Notes: generated by a model from the letters alone, not told the origin. Counted from the first letter of the stretch, positions 1 through 8,368 are shown. The stretch is 42,361 bases of DNA from an uncultured Azospirillum sp. (GCA_964578965.1 CAZOFC010000001.1:1-42361), one strand, 5' to 3'. Numbers and translations are program-made.

Positions 1-37
1 AGCGGAGCAGGATAAAGATAAAGGGAGTGGGCGTTAG

Positions 38-412
38 CTAGTAGCGGCCATAGGTGCGTTCGCGGACTTGCCCTTTCGCGGCGCCAATCTTGGCGCGAGC
101 CTGTGCCTCACGTAGTATCGCGTTTTCTTCCGCGTTTGAAAAGGGCTCTACCGCGTAGTAGGCGCGTTTATCTTCAATCTTTTCTTCGGCGCAGTTGGAG
201 GGGTTTTTTGTCCCGTGATTCCAATAAGCATCCAAGTTCTGGCGAACATCGCGCCAGCTATTCGTTTCTTCAGGGATGGTGGGGTTGTTGGCACGCGGCT
301 CAAGTGGAAGATAGCAGATGGCAGCGTAGCGGACTGCGTCAACGCGCGCCATTTTCATGCGTTCGTTGTACGGTAAACGGAGCACCTCGGATCTTGGTCG
401 TTCTTCAGGCAT
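38..412 (-). CDS. hypothetical protein (124 aa), downstream of grxD on the same strand
   Basis: Uninterrupted 124-codon ORF 63 nt downstream of grxD in the same orientation. Codon composition resembles the neighbours. No motif I recognise. Confidence 0.5.
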   Translation of the reverse strand: MPEERPRSEVLRLPYNERMKMARVDAVRYAAICYLPLEPRANNPTIPEETNSWRDVRQNLDAYWNHGTKNPSNCAEEKIEDKRAYYAVEPFSNAEENAILREAQARAKIGAAKGQVRERTYGRY

Positions 413-474
413 AGATAGAGTTTAGCAAATCCAGCGGGCGTGTAGTGTTACAGTTTAGTGAAGAAAGCCCTGAT

Positions 475-831
475 TTATGACGCATCCGCCTCTTTGAAGG
501 CAATGCCTTTTTCCTTCAGCAATGCCTGAAGTTCGCCCGATTGATACATCTCGCGGACGATGTCGCACCCGCCGATGAATTCGCCCTTGATGTAAAGCTG
601 CGGAATAGTCGGCCACTGGGCGTAGGCTTTCACGCCTTCACGGATTTCAGCATCCGCCAGTACGTTCACATCATGGTAGTCGCTGATGCCCAAGCGCTCA
701 AGCACGGCAGCGACAGTGGCGGAGAACCCGCATTGCGGGAGCTTTTTGCTGCCCTTCATGTAAAGCACGATGTCGTTGGATTTAACGGCGGATTCAATAC
801 GGGCAAAGGCGGGGTTCTCGGTCATCGTCAT
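475..831 (-). CDS. grxD: Grx4-family monothiol glutaredoxin
   Basis: 118 aa with the CGFS active-site motif (KKLPQCGFSATV) and the WPTIPQLYIKGEFIGGCDI glutaredoxin core. Confidence 0.93.
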   Translation of the reverse strand: MTMTENPAFARIESAVKSNDIVLYMKGSKKLPQCGFSATVAAVLERLGISDYHDVNVLADAEIREGVKAYAQWPTIPQLYIKGEFIGGCDIVREMYQSGELQALLKEKGIAFKEADAS

Positions 832-847
832 CTCGTCACTTAGAGGT

Positions 848-1207
848 TTAGTTGGCGGGTAAAAACCCTAGGGATTGTTGCAGGTCGCGATTGCATTTCT
901 CGGTCAGCGATTTGGCAAGCGCGGTGAGGGCTTGGGGTGGCTTTTTTTCTACCACATCAAATAGGTCGCTTTGCGTAAAAATCAAGCCGCCGCTCACACA
1001 TTTGCAATAGGTTTCGCCCTGAACTTGCGTGAGGGGCGAGTTAGGGCTGCCCATGCGCTTTTCGTTGGTCATCAGGGTGATACACTGGGTGTAGCCCTCG
1101 TTTTGCGCTTTTTTGCTCATGAATTCGAGCAAGGCGGGCAGGCCGAAGAAATAAAACAAGGGTGCAGAAATGGCCCAAAACAGGATGAAGCGTGATAGCC
1201 AGCGCAT
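848..1207 (-). CDS. hypothetical membrane-anchored or secreted Cys-containing protein (about 119 aa from the internal Met)
   Basis: The ORF is open to 1270, but MRWLSRFILFWAISAPLFYFFGLPALL (ATG at 1207) gives a plausible N-terminal hydrophobic anchor. It lies 16 nt upstream of grxD on the same strand. No recognisable family. Confidence 0.5.
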   Translation of the reverse strand: MRWLSRFILFWAISAPLFYFFGLPALLEFMSKKAQNEGYTQCITLMTNEKRMGSPNSPLTQVQGETYCKCVSGGLIFTQSDLFDVVEKKPPQALTALAKSLTEKCNRDLQQSLGFLPAN

Positions 1208-1353
1208 GCGTGAGCCCTTTGGTTTCGTGTGCGATGCGCATCTCATACGCGGGCCATGGCCCCTGAGCAAGTCAAAACATGCTGTTTATCAGTCCTTAGC
1301 TTTGCTTGCGCTTGAGGCCTGGCAGGCTATAACAGAGCCTTACGAGGAATGTT

Positions 1354-3594
1354 ATGCGCAGCAGTAAAAAGCCAAAACCAGCCGTCACCGCAACCGCTGA
1401 ACAGCACCCCGCGATCAGCAAAGAGGTCATCGCCGCCCATGGCCTGACCGAGGACGAGTATGCACGGGTGGTGGAGATTTTGAAGCGCCCGCCGAACCTT
1501 GTGGAGCTCGGCATTTTCAGTGTGATGTGGAGCGAGCATTGCAGCTATAAAACGACGCGCAAGCATTTACGCAATTTTCCCGTCACCGGCCCGCAGGTGA
1601 TTTGCGGCCCCGGCGAAAATGCCGGTGTGGTGGATATTGGGGATGGGCAGGCCGTGATTTTTAAAATGGAAAGTCATAACCACCCCAGCTTCATCGAGCC
1701 ATTTCAGGGGGCCGCCACCGGCGTTGGCGGCATCCTGCGTGATGTGTTCACCATGGGGGCACGCCCGATTGCGCTGATGAATGCGCTGCGCTTTGGCGAG
1801 CCAAGCAACCCCAAAACCCGCCATATTGTGAATGGCGTGGTGGCAGGCATTTCGCATTACGGCAACTGTGTGGGGGTTCCCACCGTGGGCGGTGAAACCA
1901 TTTTCCATAAGAGCTATAACGGCAACCCGCTGGTGAACGCGATGGCGGTGGGCCTCGCCGATGCGGATAAGATATTTTATTCCAAAGCCTCCGGCGTTGG
2001 CAATTCGGTGATTTATTTTGGCGCAAAAACCGGGCGTGACGGCATTCATGGTGCAACCATGGCATCCGCCGAGTTTGATGAAACGACGGAAGAAAAGCGC
2101 CCAACGGTGCAGGTGGGTGACCCCTTCACCGAGAAGCTGTTGATTGAAGCCTGCCTTGAACTGATGGCGACGGATGTCATCATCAGCATTCAGGATATGG
2201 GCGCGGCGGGGCTGACCTGCTCAAGCCTTGAGATGGCCAGCAAAGGCGGGCTTGGGATTGAAATGAAAATCGAAGATATCCCGATGCGCGAGGAGGGCAT
2301 GACCGCCTATGAGGTGATGCTGAGCGAAAGCCAGGAGCGCATGCTGATGGTGGTGAAGCCCGGGCGCGAGACGATAGCGTTTGGGATTATGAAGAAATGG
2401 GGTTTGGCCTGCGCTACCATCGGCACGCTGACGGATACGGGCCGCATGGTGCTGACCCATCATGGCGAGGTGGTGTGTGATATTCCGGTTGCTCCGCTAA
2501 GCGATGCCGCGCCGATCTATGACCGCCCGTACACCGAAACGCCCAAGCGTCCAACCATTGCGGCGGGGGACGTGGCGAAGGCGGATATTGGCTTGGCGCT
2601 GGCGGCTTTGATGGCATCGCCAGACATCGCATCGAAGCGCTGGATCTGGGAACAATATGACCACATGGTGATGAATGACACGATTGGCCGCCCCGGTGGG
2701 GATGCGGCGGTAGTCCGCATTCATGGCACGCAAAAGGCGCTCGCCATCACCACCGATTGCACGCCGCGTTATGTGTTCGCCGACCCTTATGAAGGGGGCA
2801 AACAAGCGGTGGTGGAGAGCTGGCGTAACCTGACGGCGGTCGGGGCAACACCGCTTGCGATTACGGACTGCCTCAATTTTGGTAACCCACAAAAACCCGA
2901 GATCATGGGCCAGATTGTGGGGGCAATTAAAGGCATGGCCGAGGCCTGCCGGGCGCTTTCTTACCCGGTCGTTTCGGGCAATGTCTCGCTGTATAATGAA
3001 ACGCATGGGGCAGGGGTGCAGCCCACCCCGGCGGTGGGTGGCGTTGGGTTGCTTGCGGATGGTGCGCGCCGTGTGGGCAGCAGTTTCACCGAGCTTGGGC
3101 ACAGCATTTTCCTGATTGGGGACACACGCGGCCACCTTGGTAGCTCGCTTTATTTGCGTGACATTGTGGGCAGCGAAGAGGGCGCGCCACCGCCGGTCGA
3201 TTTGGCGCTCGAGCTGAAACATGGCACGATGGTGCGTAGCCTGATTGAGGATGGGCGCCTCATTTCCGCCTGCCACGATGTGAGCGATGGTGGGTTGCTG
3301 GTGGCGCTTGCAGAAATGTGCATCGCCCGCGATATTGGCGCGCAAGTGCGCTTCATGAGTGATGTCCCGATGCATGCCTATGCTTACGGCGAGGACCAAG
3401 GGCGCTACCTTATTGCCGTGCCGCCGAATGCGAAGGATGAGGTGATGGTGCGCTTGAATCAGGCCGATATTACCTTCACCGACCTTGGCGTGACGATACC
3501 GGATTTGTTAATCGTCGAGGATGTGTTGCGTATTCCCGTCGCCCACCTGCGCGATGTCAATGAAACGTGGCTGCCGGGCTACATGGCCGCCTAA
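1354..3594 (+). CDS. purL: phosphoribosylformylglycinamidine synthase subunit PurL
   Basis: 746 aa. Contains the [25 protein letters not shown] motif and the AIR-synthase-like repeat architecture typical of small PurL. GAGGA RBS at 1343-1347. Confidence 0.95.
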   Translation: MRSSKKPKPAVTATAEQHPAISKEVIAAHGLTEDEYARVVEILKRPPNLVELGIFSVMWSEHCSYKTTRKHLRNFPVTGPQVICGPGENAGVVDIGDGQAVIFKMESHNHPSFIEPFQGAATGVGGILRDVFTMGARPIALMNALRFGEPSNPKTRHIVNGVVAGISHYGNCVGVPTVGGETIFHKSYNGNPLVNAMAVGLADADKIFYSKASGVGNSVIYFGAKTGRDGIHGATMASAEFDETTEEKRPTVQVGDPFTEKLLIEACLELMATDVIISIQDMGAAGLTCSSLEMASKGGLGIEMKIEDIPMREEGMTAYEVMLSESQERMLMVVKPGRETIAFGIMKKWGLACATIGTLTDTGRMVLTHHGEVVCDIPVAPLSDAAPIYDRPYTETPKRPTIAAGDVAKADIGLALAALMASPDIASKRWIWEQYDHMVMNDTIGRPGGDAAVVRIHGTQKALAITTDCTPRYVFADPYEGGKQAVVESWRNLTAVGATPLAITDCLNFGNPQKPEIMGQIVGAIKGMAEACRALSYPVVSGNVSLYNETHGAGVQPTPAVGGVGLLADGARRVGSSFTELGHSIFLIGDTRGHLGSSLYLRDIVGSEEGAPPPVDLALELKHGTMVRSLIEDGRLISACHDVSDGGLLVALAEMCIARDIGAQVRFMSDVPMHAYAYGEDQGRYLIAVPPNAKDEVMVRLNQADITFTDLGVTIPDLLIVEDVLRIPVAHLRDVNETWLPGYMAA

Positions 3595-3604
3595 GGTTGG
3601 CCGC

Positions 3605-4168
3605 TTAATGAATTGTTGGGCCAGCGCTGGGGGTTGACTGCTCCCGGGTTTCTTCGGCCTCGCGGAAACTGGAAGCGCTGCGCGGGCCTGCACTGATGAT
3701 TTTTTGTGCCGTGCGTGAAGCGGTCGGGATTTCGTGATCGAGACCGAGTTCGCGGCTTTCAAGCCGGCTGATACGCGCTTCGTTCATCCGGTGCTCAACA
3801 TCCTGCTTATAGGCGTTGACGGCGATATTGCCGCCAGTGAGGAAGTTGCCTACGGCCGTCAGCACCGTATTGAGTGCGATGACAGGAACAGGATTAAACA
3901 GCGCGAGCGAAAACGCAGGCATGGTGCCTGCAGCGAAAGTTTCGGCAATGGCGGGCGTCATGTTGAACAGAAATGACCCAAATGGACCAGCGAGCGAAGT
4001 GGCGACAAACGCTGGGGCAATCGCCCCGAGCGCAAATATCCCGGCAGTGAGCACCCCAAAGCCAATGGCACCCAGCAGCAGGCCTTGCGGAATGCCTTTA
4101 AGCGCAGCACTGAAGGCGCCTTTCCACCAGACGGATGATACTTCAGCAGCTGTAATATTAGGACCCAT
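3605..4168 (-). CDS. hypothetical Gly/Ala-rich polytopic membrane protein with a hydrophilic C-terminal tail
   Basis: 187-aa ORF convergent with purL (10-nt gap). About 110 residues of small-residue-rich hydrophobic sequence (GLLLGAIGFGVLTAGIFALGAIAPAFV...) are followed by a charged tail. No family recognised. Confidence 0.55.
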   Translation of the reverse strand: MGPNITAAEVSSVWWKGAFSAALKGIPQGLLLGAIGFGVLTAGIFALGAIAPAFVATSLAGPFGSFLFNMTPAIAETFAAGTMPAFSLALFNPVPVIALNTVLTAVGNFLTGGNIAVNAYKQDVEHRMNEARISRLESRELGLDHEIPTASRTAQKIISAGPRSASSFREAEETREQSTPSAGPTIH

Positions 4169-4279
4169 GCAAGTAATTTAACAAATCCATGGCAGAAAAG
4201 CTGTGAAGATTGTATGACAATTGGTGGCGCATCGGCCGCAATAACTATACAGATACGCAAAGAAAAACAGGGAGTTACT

Positions 4280-4516
4280 ATGCCAATGCCCGCCGAAGAG
4301 ATTACCCGCCGTATTCTAGCCGCGCTGCCGGGCGCAGAGATTCACTTAGAGGACCTCGCGGGGGATAATGACCATTGGAAAGTGACGGTGAAAAGTGCGG
4401 CGTTCGTGGGCAAATCGCGCGTGGAACAGCACCGCATGGTGAACGCGGCCTTTGGGGCCGATTTGGGCACCACGCTGCATGCGCTGGCGGTGGTGACTAT
4501 CACGCCATCGGCGTGA
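4280..4516 (+). CDS. BolA-family protein
   Basis: 78 aa from the ATG at 4280, with GGAG at 4271-4274. BolA-like core (HWKVTVKSAAFVGKSRVEQHRMVNAAF). The upstream part of ORF 4214..4516 was discarded. Confidence 0.85.
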   Translation: MPMPAEEITRRILAALPGAEIHLEDLAGDNDHWKVTVKSAAFVGKSRVEQHRMVNAAFGADLGTTLHALAVVTITPSA

Positions 4517-4578
4517 TTGGTTGTTAGCACTGCGTGCTGATGGGGGTATCACCCCCAAACCCCCTGCTTCGCGGGGGC

Positions 4579-4631
4579 GAGGGGAAGAAAAAAGAGAAAA
4601 AAGAGGCGGCTCTTTTTTAAGGAACCGCCCC
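4579..4631 (-). terminator. candidate intrinsic terminator for the 77-aa minus-strand ORF
   Basis: On the minus strand, GGGGCGG (complement of 4625-4631) pairs with CCGCCTC (complement of 4603-4609): a 7-bp stem including one G-U pair, with a 15-nt loop. It is followed by TTTTTTCTCTTTTTTCTTCCCC. The large loop weakens the call. Confidence 0.4.
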
Positions 4632-4664
4632 GAGTTGGCAAACCACGTAAAACTTGTTTAGGTA

Positions 4665-4898
4665 CTACCGCTGAGCTGCAGGACCTGAATTTTCTAGAGC
4701 GCTAAACAGAGATGCGCTTCCTGGCGCATCGCATTGTTTAGTCTCGAATATACCTTTTGCGTCAGGTACTCCGCACCCAGCAAGCTCATCCATCACGAGA
4801 CGCATAAGTTTTGGCCCAGTGATACCGTATTCTTGCTCCAAATGTGGCGCTATTTTAAGAGCGCTCACTGAGGCAGATATAACCGCTGCGTTTAACAT
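4665..4898 (-). CDS. small hypothetical protein (77 aa)
   Basis: Isolated ORF in a visibly lower-GC pocket between bolA and purQ. Candidate terminator downstream and a tandem repeat upstream. No homology recognised; it could be non-coding. Confidence 0.35.
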   Translation of the reverse strand: MLNAAVISASVSALKIAPHLEQEYGITGPKLMRLVMDELAGCGVPDAKGIFETKQCDAPGSASLFSALENSGPAAQR

Positions 4899-4955
4899 TT
4901 AGTCACCACCCTGTTTCGGCTGTTTTCCGCCTTATTTAAGGAAAATAACACAGGT

Positions 4956-4976
4956 CAGGTTAACAACAGGTTAACA
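4956..4976. promoter_or_regulatory. tandem CAGGTTAACA repeat (two GTTAAC palindromes at 11-bp spacing), possible operator
   Basis: CAGGTTAACA at 4956-4965 and again at 4967-4976, which is 58-78 nt upstream of the 77-aa ORF start at 4898. Confidence 0.3.
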
Positions 4977-5014
4977 CCCGATAAAATTGTAGCGAAAAAA
5001 TATAAAAAAGGAGC

Positions 5015-5707
5015 CTAGGCCGCGAATTTGGCGAGCAGGGACGCAAACATCACTGCCCCATCGGCCCCGCCGAGGGCTGGGTCGGCAAAGCGCTCGGGGT
5101 GGGGCATGAGGCCAAGGACGTTTTTCGCTTTGTTCGTGATGCCCGCAATGTTCTCGCGCGCGCCGTTGGGGTTGCCGTGGGCGCTTGGTTTGCCATCCTC
5201 ATCGACATAGCGAAAGGCCACCTGGGCGTTATCGTTCAAGGCTTTTAGGGTCTCATCGTCTGCGAAATAATTACCCTCCGCATGCGCGACGGGCAGGGTG
5301 ATGCGCTGGCCTTTTGCGTAACCCGAGGTGAAGGCCGAATCATTGGCCTCAACCCGCAAGGCAGTTTCCTTGCAGTTGAATTTGAGATGATCATTGCGCA
5401 TCAATGTGCCGGGGAGAAGCCCGCTCTCGCAGAGGATTTGGAAACCATTGCAAATGCCGAGCACATGGCCACCTTTATTTGCAAAGGCAATCACGCTTTG
5501 CATGATGGGCGAGCGCGCCGCCATGGCCCCACAGCGCAAATAATCGCCATAGCTAAAGCCACCGGGCAACACCACTAAATCAAGCCCTTCGGGCAGGCTT
5601 GCCTCATCATGCCAGACATAGCTTGGGTTGAGGTTGGCCGATTGCATGATGGTGAAGACATCACGGTCGCAGTTGGAACCAGGAAAAACAATGACGGCCG
5701 ATTTCAT
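5015..5707 (-). CDS. purQ: phosphoribosylformylglycinamidine synthase glutaminase subunit PurQ
   Basis: 230 aa. GFSYGDYLR, the LGICNGFQIL nucleophile elbow and the MPHPER motif. Confidence 0.95.
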   Translation of the reverse strand: MKSAVIVFPGSNCDRDVFTIMQSANLNPSYVWHDEASLPEGLDLVVLPGGFSYGDYLRCGAMAARSPIMQSVIAFANKGGHVLGICNGFQILCESGLLPGTLMRNDHLKFNCKETALRVEANDSAFTSGYAKGQRITLPVAHAEGNYFADDETLKALNDNAQVAFRYVDEDGKPSAHGNPNGARENIAGITNKAKNVLGLMPHPERFADPALGGADGAVMFASLLAKFAA

Positions 5708-5710
5708 GCG

Positions 5711-5950
5711 CTATGCCACCAGCTCGATCGCGTATTTTTCAATCACCGTATTGGCGAGTAGTTTTTCGCACATCTGCTCGATGGATTTTTTGGCCTTGGC
5801 AGCATCCGTCTCTTTGAGCTCAAGCTCGATGAGTTTGCCGACACGGGCGTTGACGCCAGAAAAACCCATATGGTCGAGCGCCGATTCAATCGCGGCGCCT
5901 TGTGGGTCGAGCACGCCGTTTTTAAGGGTGATATGGACTCTGGCTTTCAT
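5711..5950 (-). CDS. purS: phosphoribosylformylglycinamidine synthase subunit PurS
   Basis: 79 aa from MKARVHITLKNGVLDPQG (ATG at 5950). Its stop is 3 nt upstream of the purQ start. Typical PurS size and N-terminal motif. Confidence 0.9.
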   Translation of the reverse strand: MKARVHITLKNGVLDPQGAAIESALDHMGFSGVNARVGKLIELELKETDAAKAKKSIEQMCEKLLANTVIEKYAIELVA

Positions 5951-5969
5951 TGTGTCCTCTCTGTTTGTC

Positions 5970-6035
5970 ATGCCGTGTTTACCACGGCATCCCGCTTCGT
6001 TTTAAGTTAGCTGGACCCCGTCGTGAAGACGGGGT
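5970..6035 (-). other. two 8-bp stem-loops in the purC-purS spacer
   Basis: ATGCCGTG-TTTAC-CACGGCAT (5970-5990) and ACCCCGTC-GTGAA-GACGGGGT (6015-6035). Neither is followed by a U-tract on the minus strand, so they are not classical terminators. Confidence 0.5.
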
Positions 6036-6048
6036 GACAGGGTAGTGG

Positions 6049-6909
6049 TTATTTTTTCTTTGGTTTGGGTTTAGTTTTGGCGGCGGGTTTAAGCGGCTTC
6101 ACGGTTGCTTTGGCAGCTTTGCCTTTGGCGGATTTTTTTGCCACTTTGCCTTCACCAAATTTGGTCTCCACCACGTTCATGGAGGGCAGAACGCCCAAGC
6201 GGCGCGCCACTTCGCGGTAGGCCTCTTCGGTGCCGCCCAAATCGCGGCGGAAGCGGTCTTTGTCCATTTTATCGTTCGTCGTCACATCCCACAGGCGGCA
6301 AGTATCGGGCGAGATTTCATCCGCAAGCACAATGATTTCCGCTTCGCCCTCATAGAAGCGACCAAACTCGAGCTTAAGGTCAATCAGGCGGATGCCGTGG
6401 CCATAGAACAGGCCGCTTAGAATATCGTTGATGCGCAGGGCGTAATGGCGAATCTCATCCATCTCCTCAGGCTGGGCGATGCCGAAGGCGTAAATATGAT
6501 CTTCGGCGATGAAGGGGTCACCCAGGCGGTCATCCTTTAGGCAGAACTCGATGAGCGGTGAGCCCAGCGCTTCGCCCTCGAAAGCGCCAAAACGCTCGGC
6601 AAAGCTGCCAGCGGCATAGTTGCGGATGATGACCTCAAGCGGCACAATATCGACCGCGCGCACGAGTTGCTCGCGCATGTTAAGGCCGCGAATGAAATGG
6701 GTGGGGATGCCCATATCGTTCAGGCGGGTCATCAGGAATTCGGAGATTTTGTTGTTGATGATGCCCTTGCCCGCGATGGTGCCTTTTTTCTTGGCGTTGA
6801 AGGCGGTCGCATCGTCCTTAAAGTGCTGGATCAGTGTGCCTGGCTCGGGCCCTTCGAACAGCTTTTTGGCTTTGCCTTCATAGATGGGGGTCTTAGGGGG
6901 CGTACTCAT
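6049..6909 (-). CDS. purC: phosphoribosylaminoimidazole-succinocarboxamide synthase (SAICAR synthetase) with a Lys-rich C-terminal extension
   Basis: 286 aa. [11 protein letters not shown]-terminus, [13 protein letters not shown], and [14 protein letters not shown]. The last roughly 45 residues are AKP-rich, low-complexity sequence. Confidence 0.93.
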   Translation of the reverse strand: MSTPPKTPIYEGKAKKLFEGPEPGTLIQHFKDDATAFNAKKKGTIAGKGIINNKISEFLMTRLNDMGIPTHFIRGLNMREQLVRAVDIVPLEVIIRNYAAGSFAERFGAFEGEALGSPLIEFCLKDDRLGDPFIAEDHIYAFGIAQPEEMDEIRHYALRINDILSGLFYGHGIRLIDLKLEFGRFYEGEAEIIVLADEISPDTCRLWDVTTNDKMDKDRFRRDLGGTEEAYREVARRLGVLPSMNVVETKFGEGKVAKKSAKGKAAKATVKPLKPAAKTKPKPKKK

Positions 6910-7060
6910 AGGGGCTCCGCGTCACGTTTGGTTATAGCGCATTCTTAGTGGCGATTCGCGCAAAGGTCTAGGGTAGAATACGCATCGTGAATATGTGCCG
7001 CTATTTAACAGCACAGTGTTGCTGCGCGTCGCTACAGCACAGAGGTAGAAAAAGGTTCAA

Positions 7061-8368
7061 TCAGCGCTGTGGCTGCGAGATACCAATGGCTTCACGCGCA
7101 CGTGTTGCTAGCTGTTCGGTCCAGGGTTTGCCGTCGAACTCGCGCTGTTTGAATTCAACCGCCATATTAAGTGCGTGGCGTTGCCCTGTATTCAGTCCTT
7201 CGGGGTTAAAATCCCAATCCTTGGTGAACCCGGCGAGTTGTTCAATCAGGCTGTTGCTATATTCGCTGCTGACACCCAGGCGGGTTGCCTCGAAATCGCG
7301 TTGAAGCTTGGTATCCGTGAATGTGCGGGTGGGGGCGAGCGCAATCATTTCGGGATTCGTTTTACCTGTCAGGTTGCTTTCCAGTAAATTGCCTTTGCCT
7401 TGGATAATGCGCTTATGCAGGTTATCCGCCTCGATGCGATAGTCGCCTGCAAGGTGATAATCGGCGTTGTAGCGGCGCATGTCATACAGATGAATATTTG
7501 GCAGGTTCGCTCGCGTTGCACCCTCAAGTGTGATGGTGCTGGTGGCGGTGGCAAAGCGTTTTTCACGCGGTGGAAGCGGTTTGCAGCTTGCCTCATCGCT
7601 TGGCGTTACCACGCTATCAGGCAGTATGCCTGTGAGAACATCGGGAATATATTCACGCAGGCCATTGCTGCTGCGTTCCGCCGCGCAGGCGGTGGCGCGT
7701 TTTACGGCGGTTGCTGCATCGCTAAGCTGTTGCTCAACAGATAGTGGAATCTCGACAGGTAGGCTTTTAATGGTGAGCGTGAGTTTGCCTGCCGCGTTGT
7801 AGCCGAATGTTGCGGACTGCGCGTTTTCAAGCAGTTGGAAGGGAATGAATACGTCCTGCGCGGTATTGGCAATCGTGATGTTATGGCCTGCGATATTTGT
7901 TTTGCTCTCGGGCGCACTTGGATCATTCGCGCGCAGCGTTAGCTCTGGTGAAAGCACCAGCACTTCTTGCCCTTCGGGCTTCAGGCTATTGGCGTTGACG
8001 GAAACATCAATCTGCTGCTTGGTGTCGCGTGCTGTTGGGTCAGACGGGTCTTTCTCGGTCGCTACGCGATGGTCGAGGCACAGCGCCGTTTGATCGCTCT
8101 GGGTACCATCCTGGTTCAATTGATTATCAAGCCGCAACATGGCCACATGCACCTGCCGCGGCGCGGTGAGGGCTTCATGGATTTTATAACCACCATATCC
8201 TGCAGCGCCCGTGCCCAATATGCCAATACCGCGGCCCATGGTGGTCGCAGCGGCACCACCAACACCTTTAAGAAAGCTGCGGCGCGACGAACTGAGTGTG
8301 CTTGGTTCGTCACCGGGTGCTGCCACTTCGGATGCGCCTGACGGGTCGATGCGTGTAAGGTCATTCAT
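7061..8368 (-). CDS. hypothetical exported protein with a twin-arginine (Tat) signal motif
   Basis: 435 aa from MNDLTRIDPS (ATG at 8368). SSRRSFLKGVGGAAATT matches the S-R-R-x-F-L-K Tat consensus. No other domain recognised. The upstream 52 codons of ORF 7061..8524 were discarded. Confidence 0.6.
   Translation of the reverse strand: MNDLTRIDPSGASEVAAPGDEPSTLSSSRRSFLKGVGGAAATTMGRGIGILGTGAAGYGGYKIHEALTAPRQVHVAMLRLDNQLNQDGTQSDQTALCLDHRVATEKDPSDPTARDTKQQIDVSVNANSLKPEGQEVLVLSPELTLRANDPSAPESKTNIAGHNITIANTAQDVFIPFQLLENAQSATFGYNAAGKLTLTIKSLPVEIPLSVEQQLSDAATAVKRATACAAERSSNGLREYIPDVLTGILPDSVVTPSDEASCKPLPPREKRFATATSTITLEGATRANLPNIHLYDMRRYNADYHLAGDYRIEADNLHKRIIQGKGNLLESNLTGKTNPEMIALAPTRTFTDTKLQRDFEATRLGVSSEYSNSLIEQLAGFTKDWDFNPEGLNTGQRHALNMAVEFKQREFDGKPWTEQLATRAREAIGISQPQR

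Noticed and set aside
2497-3399. 300-aa minus-strand ORF, plus other antisense ORFs of 60-190 aa across purL, mraZ/rsmH (16221..17015), ddl (30608..31186), recN (38882..39403), ligA (39820..40398) and prmA (41717..42310)
   Set aside because: All lie wholly inside well-supported genes on the opposite strand. Their translations are low-complexity and rich in R, H, P and A, with no motifs. They are artefacts of stop-codon depletion in GC-rich DNA.
6910-7060. Riboswitch (ZTP or purine type) upstream of purC, and similarly upstream of purL (1271-1353)
   Set aside because: Reading the leader on the correct strand, I could not find the conserved ZTP (pfl) core strings or a purine-riboswitch three-way junction. 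Only short generic hairpins are present.
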